Below, piece by piece: positions 50,824-60,639 of a stretch of 64,000 nt of DNA (the stretch's first letter is position 1; each line of letters begins with the position of its first letter). The position numbers were made by a program, and so were the translations under genes. Below the pieces are notes generated by a model that was not told where the DNA came from, searched no databases, and saw nothing but the letters and a program-made list of their open reading frames with translations. Origin of the DNA: an uncultured Phycisphaerales bacterium (GTDB taxonomy: Bacteria > Planctomycetota > Phycisphaerae > Sedimentisphaerales > Anaerobacaceae); contig CAVYYI010000001.1 in NCBI GenBank assembly GCA_963772725.1, forward strand, positions 224,001 through 288,000. Direction: 5' to 3'.

Positions 50824-52155
50824 ATGAAAAAAAGAATAATGTTTACGATGTTGGTGTTATTCGGCCTGATTGCGACAGCAATTGCCGCTGATGATCTAAA
50901 AAAAGATTTGGCCTTGCCTCCACAGGCAAATGAATCTGCCCCCGCACAATCTATCATTTTTAACAGTCCGACAGGAAATAAGGTAGAATATCCAGACTAT
51001 GGTAAGGCTGTTCCTCAATACCCTAAATCTACCTATATCGTTGATGTAAAATTCGATAAGCACCGCTACCATCACGCTGAAGGAGACACTTGGCCGCTGA
51101 CTTGGTCAAATGATGATAACATTTATGCTGCCGCTGGAGACAACAAGAACAGTCCTATGAACTTCTGGCGGGTTAAAGTTTCCCCAAAAATCAGACCGGA
51201 TTCAATTGTATATGCCGGGAGCTGGACTATCGACCTGATAGACAATATGCCTGTGGATCGCAACATCTATTGCGACATCCAGGCTGGTTCCAATCGTAGG
51301 TTAAGCGTTAAACCAGCAGGGCTGCTGGATGTTAATGGAACGATTTATTTTGCAGTTGAGGCGCAAAACTACGGGACTGACTTGGTATTCAAGCGTCAGA
51401 CTAACATCCATGGCTGGATTATAACAACCACGGATTACGGCAAGACATGGGACCATAACGCAACGCCAGTTCATTTCTTTACCGGTCGTCTCGCTTCCTG
51501 CCATTTCCTGCAGTTCGGTAAAGGCTATGAGGGTGCCCGCGATAAATATGTATACGCATATTTTTCAGCGGCCGATGATGGCAAGGCTTACTGGGAAAAT
51601 GGTGACTACCTGCTTCTCGGACGTGTCCATAAGGACAAGATACTTGTCCGTCAAGCCTGGGAGTTTTATACAAGACTGGATAAGGATAATCAGCCGGTCT
51701 GGAGCGGGGATGATAAATTGGCTGTTCCTATTTTTCGCTACAACAAGATGACCGGTGAAGACTACATTTCTTATAACAAGGATATCAAGCGATATCTTTT
51801 AGGCAACTACGGTTTTGTAGATGATGAACTGCACCCGCGTCCAAATCATCAAGGCAAGTGGCCGGAGTGTGCGTACCGAAGTCAACTGACTTTGTATGAG
51901 GCACCCGAGCCATGGGGACCGTGGTCTCTGTTTTATCGGGATGATAACTGGGGAACTTACGGGGACTATAACCCGTCTTTTCCCACCAAATTGATGTTTG
52001 AAAATGGGCGTCTGATGTTTATGGTCTCTTCCGGGTCATGGGACGACTATAACTTTGTGGTGCAGAGATTAGCTATCCGGCTCAAGGAAGACGCGGATTT
52101 TCCCACTGCAGCCAAAACGTTCGATTATGTATTCAGGACAAAGCGAAATAATTGA
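50824..52155 (+). CDS. Secreted beta-propeller protein, DUF4185-like putative glycoside hydrolase
   Basis: GDTWPLTWSNDDNIYAAAGD, Asp-box TTDYGKTW, DKYVYAY, WEFY, LYEAPEPWGPW. Confidence 0.55.
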   Translation: MKKRIMFTMLVLFGLIATAIAADDLKKDLALPPQANESAPAQSIIFNSPTGNKVEYPDYGKAVPQYPKSTYIVDVKFDKHRYHHAEGDTWPLTWSNDDNIYAAAGDNKNSPMNFWRVKVSPKIRPDSIVYAGSWTIDLIDNMPVDRNIYCDIQAGSNRRLSVKPAGLLDVNGTIYFAVEAQNYGTDLVFKRQTNIHGWIITTTDYGKTWDHNATPVHFFTGRLASCHFLQFGKGYEGARDKYVYAYFSAADDGKAYWENGDYLLLGRVHKDKILVRQAWEFYTRLDKDNQPVWSGDDKLAVPIFRYNKMTGEDYISYNKDIKRYLLGNYGFVDDELHPRPNHQGKWPECAYRSQLTLYEAPEPWGPWSLFYRDDNWGTYGDYNPSFPTKLMFENGRLMFMVSSGSWDDYNFVVQRLAIRLKEDADFPTAAKTFDYVFRTKRNN

Positions 52156-52214
52156 TTATGTGAAGCTTTTCATAAGTAGCATTATAATAATCGTTAAATA
52201 CAGGAGATAAAGTC

Positions 52215-55200
52215 ATGTCTATGTTGATGAAAAGAATTGTGATTACAGCATTTTTTTGTTCTTTTGTTCATGCGGGTTTATCGGCAAATTCAATAAAATC
52301 TCTTGAATCTGATTTTAAACAGCCGCCAAATTCGGCAAAACCGCAAACATGGTGGCATTGGATCAATGGCAATATTGCAAAAGAGGGAATCACAGCCGAC
52401 CTCGAAGCTATGAAACAAGTTGGTTTGGGCGGAGCGCAAATCTTCAATGTCAAGTGCTACATTCCAGGCGGGCCGGTCACGTTTATGAGCGACTCATGGC
52501 GTGAAATGTTCAAGCATACAGCCGCCGAGTGTCAGCGCCTGTGTCTGGACCTTTCTATCCACAACTGCGATGGCTGGTCGGAATCAGGTGGCCCCTGGGT
52601 TACTCCCGAGCAGTCGATGCAGCGGGTCGTATCGAGTGAAATCCATGTTACCGGACCTCAGAAATTCGCCAAGGCTTTGCCGCAGCCGGAGAGTGTCAGG
52701 GACTTTTACCGCGATATTGCGGTGCTGGCTTTTCCTACTCCCGATGGCGAGCAGACTTCGATAACCAAACTCTCGCCTAAGGTCATGCTGAGTACTCAGG
52801 TTCCGACCGCTCGCAAAAATCCAGGCTGGTTTTCTTTGGTTCCGCCCACGAGTCAGAAGCCAGCGTATGTACAATGGGAGTTTGCCGAACCGTTTACGTG
52901 CCGCGCACTGTCCATGCAGTTTGACCTTGCAACAGGCCCAAGCGAGGGCGTATTACAAGTAAGTGATGACGGGAAGGATTTCCGCGATATCTGCCTATTG
53001 CCACAGGATGGCACCTCGCGAGTCTTGGTGACTGTGGCATTTCAGCAGGCAACAGGACGTTACTATCGAATTCTGGTTACCTCCGTCCGCGGCAGTACTT
53101 TGACGTTTAGCGCCAATTTGCTTGCTGCCGCCTGTCCTGACCGGTGGGAGTTGAAAGCCGGAAGCAAGGCAATGCCTGCCTGTAATAATTGGTCATCCTT
53201 CAGTGTTCCCGCAGAAGCCGCTGTACACAGAGATAAGCTCATTGACATTACTTCAAAGCTTGCTTCTGATGGCAGGCTGGAGTGGGAAGTCCCCGAAGGC
53301 AACTGGACGATCCTGCGCATTGGACATACTTCCACCGGCAAGGTGAACGCGCAGGCGACAGCGGCAGGGGCCGGGCTTGAAGTTGACAAGATCGACCCAA
53401 AGGCTGTTGAGACGCACTTTAACGCTATGCTGGGTAAGCTTATCACAGATGTCGGGCCGCTTGCGGGCAAGGCTTTTAGATATGCGCATATCGATAGCTG
53501 GGAGGCACAGTCACAGAACTGGACGCCGGCGTTCCGAACTGAATTCATCAAGCGTCGCGGCTATGACCCGCTTTTTTATCTTCCTGCGATGACCGGGCGG
53601 GTAATAGAAAATGTGGAAGTGACTGAGCGATTTTTATGGGATTTGCGGCGAACAATCGGCGACCTCATAGCTGAAAACCACTTCAAGTTGATGCAGTCGC
53701 TAATCAATCGCCGCGGAATGCAGTTCCAGGCAGAGGCTATCGGCCCGAACCTCTCAACGATTGCTGACGCTATGCAGTGCAAGATTCATACCGATATTCC
53801 AATGGCGGAATTTTGGACTGGTCGTGAGATACGTATCGATTGCAAAGAAGCGGCCAGTTCAGCACATTTGCATGGCAAATCTATTGTGGCAGCTGAGGCG
53901 TTTACCGCCGTGAGGGGCGATTGGACAGAATATCCGTATAGTCTTAAGGCGGAGGGCGACCGCACCTTCTGCCACGGCATCAATCGGTTCGTCTTTCATC
54001 GTTATGCCCATCAGCCATGGGCGGATGGCCCAAAACCGGGTATGACTATGGGGCAATACGGTATCAATCTCAACCGGACAAATACCTGGTGGAATCAGAG
54101 TCCAGCGTGGCTAACCTACCTCGCAAGATGTCAATACCTGTTGCAGCAGGGACTGTTCGTGGGCGACGTAGTCTATTATTATGGCGAGCAGGTTCCCAAC
54201 ATGCTCCTTGCCCGCAGCACCCTTAAGCCGGTATTGCCCGCAGGTTACGACTATGACGGCTGCTGCCGCGATGAATTGCTGAGTATGTCCGTGCGGGATG
54301 GGCGAGTGGTGCTGCCCAGTGGGATGAGCTATCGGCTATTGATGCTGCCGGATATGCCAAAGATGACACCGCAGGTCGCGGCGAAGGTGAAGGAACTTGT
54401 CTTAGCCGGAGCAACCGTAATTGGTCCCAGGCCGGATAGTTCACCAAGCCTTGAGAATTATCCCGCCTGCGACGAGGAGATTCGCAATCTTGCCAAAGAT
54501 GTTTGGAAGGATTGCGACGGACAAAAGGTTACCGACACTCGCTGGGTAAGGGCAAGGTAATCTGGGGTCAAAGCATGGAGCAGGTACTCTCAGGGCTGAA
54601 ATTGCCGCAGGACTTCGCTTACACAGCAGCTCGCGATTCTGAGGTCTTGTATTTGCACCGTCGGACGGAAGACGCAGACATATATTTTGTAGCCAACCAG
54701 AAGGACCGCTTTGAGCAGGTGGAATGCACATTCCGCGTCAGCGGCAAGTTGCCTGAGATTTGGGATGCGGCGACCGGACAAACCCGGCCAGCGGCTACCT
54801 TTAAGCAGGAGAAAGGATGTACAAACGTGCCGCTTGAATTAGAACCGAGTGGTTCGTTCTTTATTATCTTTAGAAAACCAACAAATATAACGCAGTCCAG
54901 CGGTCGCAATTTCCATGAATTTAAGTTGGCGCAGGAAATCAGCAAACCATGGACAGTGAAGTTCGACCCTAAGTGGGGAGGACCGGAATCAATCGTATTC
55001 GACTCTCTTGCTGATTGGGCCAAGCGTCCTGAAGAGGGCATCAAATATTATTCCGGCACAGCGGAATATGTAAAAGAAATTGAAATACCGGCTGAATTAC
55101 TTGGTCAGGGCAAGGCTTTGTATCTGGACCTTGGGAAAGTGAAGAATTTAGCCGAAGTGATTGTAAATGACAAGAGTCTGGGAGTATTGTGGAAGCCGCC

Positions 55201-55516
55201 GTTCCGCGTTGAAATTACCAATACGGCGCATATAGGTCTCAACAAACTGGGAATTCGCGTAACGAACCTCTGGCCCAACCGGTTAATTGGAGATGAACAG
55301 TTTGAAGATGATTGTGAATGGAATACCGGCGGCCAAAATGGCTCAGCCTTAAAGCAGTGGCCAATATGGCTTGTAGAAAATAAGCAGCGGCCAAGTAAAA
55401 GGTATACATTTACCACGTGGAAGTACTATAATAAGAACTCTCCTCTGCTGGAGTCTGGTCTATTGGGTCCGGTTACATTACAAACGGCCGAAAAAATTTT
55501 GGTTTCATTGCCATAA
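52215..55516 (+). CDS. GH106 alpha-L-rhamnosidase, copy 1 (frameshift at ~54535)
   Basis: PQTWWHWINGN..EGITADLEAM, GWSESGGPWV, HIDSWEA, AAEAFT, GINRFVFH.YAHQP, YYSGTA.Y, VTNLWPNRLIGD, SGLLGPV. Confidence 0.88.
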
Positions 55517-55540
55517 ACATAAAAAGGAAAGAATCAAGTT

Positions 55541-58500
55541 ATGAAAAAAAGAGTAATATTTACGATGTTGATGTTATGCGGCCTGAGTACGGCAGTAATT
55601 GCCGCTGATGCCGTAAAAAATAATGTTGTCACACAACAGCAGGTCAAAGGAACTAATTTTAGTCCTATTGCCAGCGGCTCTCTGGCGGCAATCAATACCA
55701 GCAACGGCGATGTTGGATTCCTCGCGGAATATTTCGCTGGTTCCGACTTCAAAGGTTCACCGGTAAACAGCCGGTTTGAAGGCATGGTCGGCGTTGACAT
55801 GATAGGTAAAGAAGCGGTTTCAGGAACCGGCTCAAATGGTTATTCCGTTCGTTGGACTGCTTCTGTAACACCATCACGTTCAGGCCGATATCCAATTGCA
55901 TTCGCTCAAGTGGTGCAGCACGACTGCTGATAGATGGGAAAATACTCATCGAGCGGACTGCCGCTGATACAGATTTCACTAAGCGTTCAACCGCATCAGT
56001 TAATATGGAGGCTACTAAACCTTATGAGCTGGTGGTCGAATTCCATAACCCGACCGGCAAGGCACGTATCGCGGCAGAGTGGGCACCGCCAACACCACTG
56101 GCACGTGCTGACCAGACTATGCCTGCTGCCGTAATCCCAGAAATATCAGCCGGTCCCAAACCAGGAACAAAAATAGGTGATGAAACCGTCCTGCAAAATC
56201 AGACCTATCGCATCGAATCCAAGGCAGATGGCACGCTGGTACTTATTGACAAGGCAACCGGCGCTTCGGCATCATTTAGTCCGACATTTGCCGTCGTGTA
56301 TCAACCCAAAGGAAATGAAACCAAAATGGATCCCAAGGGCGGACACTATCAGGATGACGGCCCGGTCGGCAACACAAATTACTTAGTTCCCTCATGGAAC
56401 AAGGAGACTGATTATCTTGTCGCCGCACACCCTCGCACTAAGCTGCACGCATCCTCACTAACAGTAAGAGACGACAAAATTCAATGGATTTTCCCTGCCC
56501 AGTCTGCCTACATACTTACCGCTGATGTTGCTCTCCCGCAAGGTATCGGGGAACCCATAGTAACATTACATCTAAAGTCCTTGACAGCGGGGCAATATTC
56601 GATTGGTTATGTCGGTGCACCGCAGGTCTCACAGGAGCAGGCACAGTGGATATGGCAGCCGCTAATTTGGCAGGACAAACGGTTTCCAAACCGTTCTTAT
56701 CTGACGAAGGAATTTGAGTGCCCAATACCATTTGTTATGGTTGGCTCAGACGGAAATTCTGTCGGTGTTGGCGCAGATCCGCTGGAAATGCCTTATCGTA
56801 TGCCCACAAACAGCGACTCTCGCTTCGGGGTTTTGGTTCGCAACGCAGAGGGAAATATGCAGCCGATGTTGTTCGCACCAGTTCTGGGCGGCCCCGAGTC
56901 CGATATGACCCCTGGTAAAACATACAACTTTTCGCTGCGGCTATTTGTGCGCAAAGGCCGCTGGTATGATAGCTACAAATATCTGGCCTGTAACCTGTAC
57001 AGTTTCAGTGACATCCGGGAAAACGGACTCTGCTCGCTTAATACGACCATCGACAATATGATGGATTACCTGCTGACAGACAAGTACAGCTACTGGTATC
57101 CGCAATTCAAGACCTGGGGATACCAGAATGACGCTGGCCCCGGAGCCGGCCGTCAACAGTCAGCGGCGGATGCGATATCTTTGTCGCTGGTTTGTGACAA
57201 TGCTCAGTTTTACAAACTCCGCTCTCTGCCGACTCTGGAATACATGCTCTCACGCAAGAGTGCATCGACGAAAATGACTAAACCGGACTTCATGGGCGGC
57301 TTTACGAACGCTGGAGCGGATTTGGTGGCCTCATACCGCCTGACCGGGGGACGAAACGCCGTTATTAAAGAATTACTTGAAAGCAGAAGCGGTGTCACAA
57401 ACTTTAGCGGCAAGAGGTTAAAATACGGCGGCCATAACTCAATAGCTGTTACCAAGACACAGATGGCTACAAACCTGAATAATTACCGCCTAACAGGAAA
57501 AACTGATTATCTAAATGCCGCCTGTGAAGCGGCTGACCGATACATTGAAGCCCGGATTAACAAACCGGTGGAGAATTTTAAAGATGTCGGCAGTTCATTC
57601 TGGACTGAGATCAGCCCGCTTATGACATATTATATGAGTTATACCAGGATACCGGGCAGAAAAAATATCTCGATGCCTCCGCAGCCGCTATGCGCCAGTA
57701 CACCGGCTATATCTACATGGTGCCGGTCATACCGCAGGGAAACTTTGTGGCTAATCCGGGCGGTATTTACAACGGCCAGCCTGTGCCGGAAGAGACAGTG
57801 CCGGCATGGCGCGTCTCAGCCAACGGTCTGGCAGCAGAGTGTGCCGGAACGGCGCACAGTCATCGCGGTGTATTCATGGCAAGTTACGCTGGTTATATGG
57901 CCCGGCTGGCTCGTGATACAAATGAAACCTTCTTCCTCGATATTGCCCGCAACGCAATTGTCGGCCGTTACGCCAACTATCCAAGTTATGCATATCGTAA
58001 CGGCTATACCACTGTTTATGAAAAGCCCGCCTACCCGCTGAGGGCATTCGAGGAAATTAAAAAGTTTACCTCCGCACACTACAATCATCCGCTGCCGATG
58101 ACTGCCTTTCTGATAGACTACCTCGTGTCAGAAACTTACTATCGCTCGGCTGGACAGATTAATTTCCCTTCGGAATACACTAACACAGGTGCATACTTTC
58201 ATAACAAGGTCTATGGCAATCGTTCGGGACAGTTCTATGATGAAAAGGGTGTGAACCTTTGGCTTCCCAAGGGGCTATTGAAAACCGACTCTATACAGGT
58301 CAACTATTTGGCCGCTTACGGTAACAATAAACTATACCTCGCATTGGGAAACCAGTCGAAGCAGCGCGTAACAACAAAAATAACAATGAATCCGGCCAAA
58401 GTAAAGCTCTCCGGAAACCATCAATGTAAGGTTTGGATTGATAATAAACCTTCGGCAGACATTACTATGACAGACGGCAGCGCAGTGGTAACTATATCAC

Positions 58501-58895
58501 CCAAAGGTCTTACGTGTTTAGCCGTAGATGATGCAGAGGTGATAACAGAAGTAAGTCAGGCTATGCTCGATAAAGCATCCGCCACCTTACCGGTCGACAG
58601 TTTTAAGACTATCTCCACACCATTCGACAGTGTAACAGCGACAGCCTTGCGTTTTGGTAAAGGTTTGACTACTATTCACGTTTGGCTAAAGGCTGGTCCT
58701 GATAAGGTCAAAAAGACAAAGTTAATATATACGATTGAAGGTAAATCTCAGGAGGCAGTATGCACCGAGTTTCCGTATGAGTTCACCGTCCCTGTTCTTG
58801 ATTCAGCCAAAACTTTTAGCTGCATAGTTGAAGCGGAGACTCCGAGCGGCACTGCAATTAAATCGGAGCAGTTAGTGCTGAATTTAGCGGAGTAA
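55541..58895 (+). CDS. Secreted PA14 + family-X protein (copy D; frameshifts at ~55896 and ~57616)
   Basis: PA14-like GFLAEYF..YSVRWT..ARLLIDGK..PYELVVEF; WIWQPLIWQ, VPAWRVS, GRYANYPS, HYNHPLP, FPYEF; three ORFs join by single-base additions. Confidence 0.78.
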
Positions 58896-58931
58896 AAAAT
58901 TTACTTCAATAGTTAAAAGAAGGGAAAAATT

Positions 58932-60590
58932 GTGGCAAAACAAATTACGGTGATGTTGGTATTTTTGAGCCTTGCATCGGCAGCTTTGTCTGTGGATGTT
59001 GATAAGACTTTTACCCGGTTGGATGCGCTCTGTGTCGAACAGACTGGTACAGTGCCGGATGGAGCTGCGCAAACAGGTGTGGTTGTTCTGGCCAATGAGC
59101 CTAACAGCAATGCGAGTATTTCTATGGATTTCGACCTTGGGTCAGTGTCGTATGCTGTAACACCGCTTGCGCAGCGACTTACGGATATGGCGAAATTGGA
59201 AGTGAAACGCGAAGGGCAGAAGCCTGGCGGGGAACGTGGCGCTCTGCACGTATATGCAAAACTTACTAACAGTAAGACAGTGGAACTTGTAGGCAGCCTG
59301 CCGGTGAGTCCCGCAGGAATCCCCTATTCTTACGCCATTGATGTGACGCGCGTTGTGAATGACGTGCTGGTGCGTCCAGCCGGACAGCGGAAGCTGCGAC
59401 TGGAAGTGCGGATGGAGGGCAAGCCGTGCTTTTATGAAGTCTATGGCCTGCCCGTCGGCGCAGGTAAAACACCGGTAACCCTCGAATTGGCTTCGCCCGC
59501 AAACTGGACACAGGATTCGGCGCAGAGAGTTGCACCGGTTACAAGCGGCCAGGTGGTTTATCGCGAAGCCTGCATGCCCATCACCACAAACCGCAAGGCG
59601 GATATGACGCTCCCATTGATGTATCCTGCCCGAAAAATTATTGAAGTGATTCACGATGGGACAGGAGAAAAATTGCAGGAAGGACGTGATTGGGTACTTC
59701 GCGATGGCAAACTGGTTCTGCCGTCGGGGTCACACGTTCCAATCCAACTGGATGTGGAGTTTTTTGCTCGGCAAGTCAAGCCTGACGCGAACGGAGTCGC
59801 GAAGCCGTCCTCTGTGTCTGCGACTTCAAAGCCTCCGGCCTTATTAAGCTACCGCCTGGAAGAAGGCACATGGTATCACGACCGGCAGATTGAGGTAACC
59901 TATGAGCTGGCAAAACGCGACTGGTCATTCCCGCCGCCGCGGTCATCACTCGATAATCTCCCACGGCTTAAGAAGCTTCTGACCGCAAAAGCACCCGTTC
60001 GCATTGTCCTGTTTGGCGACAGCATCTCTCTCGGAGGCAACGCCTCAAAATTCCAGGGGTGCTGGCCGTATCAGCCGATTTTCGGCGAACTGGTGGCTTG
60101 GGAGCTGGAACAATACTATGGAAGCAAAATCACATTTATGAACCATTCACGCGGCGGTGCGGGTGCTGCTTTTGGCGCTAGCCAGGCAGAAAGCCAGGTG
60201 GGTTGGTTCAAGCCTGACCTCGCCATCATTGGTTACGGTATGAACGACCGCGGGGAAAAACGACGGGGAACCTACAGGGAAAGTCTCGAAAAGATTATTG
60301 ATGCCATCCGCCGGCAATCACCGGAGACAGAAATCATCATCGTCACCTCGATGCTGAATAATCCCAAACAGCCCAGCGGTCTGGAACCGGTACTATTCCT
60401 ACGTGACGAAGCTTTAAAAATCTCCCGTCCGGGCCTGGCCTTTGTGGATATGACCAGCACGCATCTGGAACTAATCAAGCACAAGAACTACCTGGATACC
60501 TCCGGCAATGGCGCCAACCATCCCAATGATTTCCTGCATCGTATCTACGCGCAGCGTCTGTTGGAGGTATTAATCCCGGAGAAAAAGTAA
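58932..60590 (+). CDS. Secreted SGNH/GDSL hydrolase, copy 2
   Basis: LFGDSISLG, GYGMND, GNGANHPND; full-length paralogue of 49137-50786. Confidence 0.87.
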   Translation: MAKQITVMLVFLSLASAALSVDVDKTFTRLDALCVEQTGTVPDGAAQTGVVVLANEPNSNASISMDFDLGSVSYAVTPLAQRLTDMAKLEVKREGQKPGGERGALHVYAKLTNSKTVELVGSLPVSPAGIPYSYAIDVTRVVNDVLVRPAGQRKLRLEVRMEGKPCFYEVYGLPVGAGKTPVTLELASPANWTQDSAQRVAPVTSGQVVYREACMPITTNRKADMTLPLMYPARKIIEVIHDGTGEKLQEGRDWVLRDGKLVLPSGSHVPIQLDVEFFARQVKPDANGVAKPSSVSATSKPPALLSYRLEEGTWYHDRQIEVTYELAKRDWSFPPPRSSLDNLPRLKKLLTAKAPVRIVLFGDSISLGGNASKFQGCWPYQPIFGELVAWELEQYYGSKITFMNHSRGGAGAAFGASQAESQVGWFKPDLAIIGYGMNDRGEKRRGTYRESLEKIIDAIRRQSPETEIIIVTSMLNNPKQPSGLEPVLFLRDEALKISRPGLAFVDMTSTHLELIKHKNYLDTSGNGANHPNDFLHRIYAQRLLEVLIPEKK

Positions 60591-60639
60591 AAATAGATTA
60601 AATCAATAACCGGAAATATATATTTAGGAGAAAAAAATT

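Noticed and set aside
3890..57620. Programmed frameshifting or phase variation at the split genes
   Set aside because: The sites have no long homopolymers or shared slippery motif; the pattern fits sequencing error
59161..59195. One-residue gap in SGNH copy 2 (TPLAQRLTD vs TPLARLQLDD)
   Set aside because: In-frame and minor; cannot be told apart from ordinary divergence
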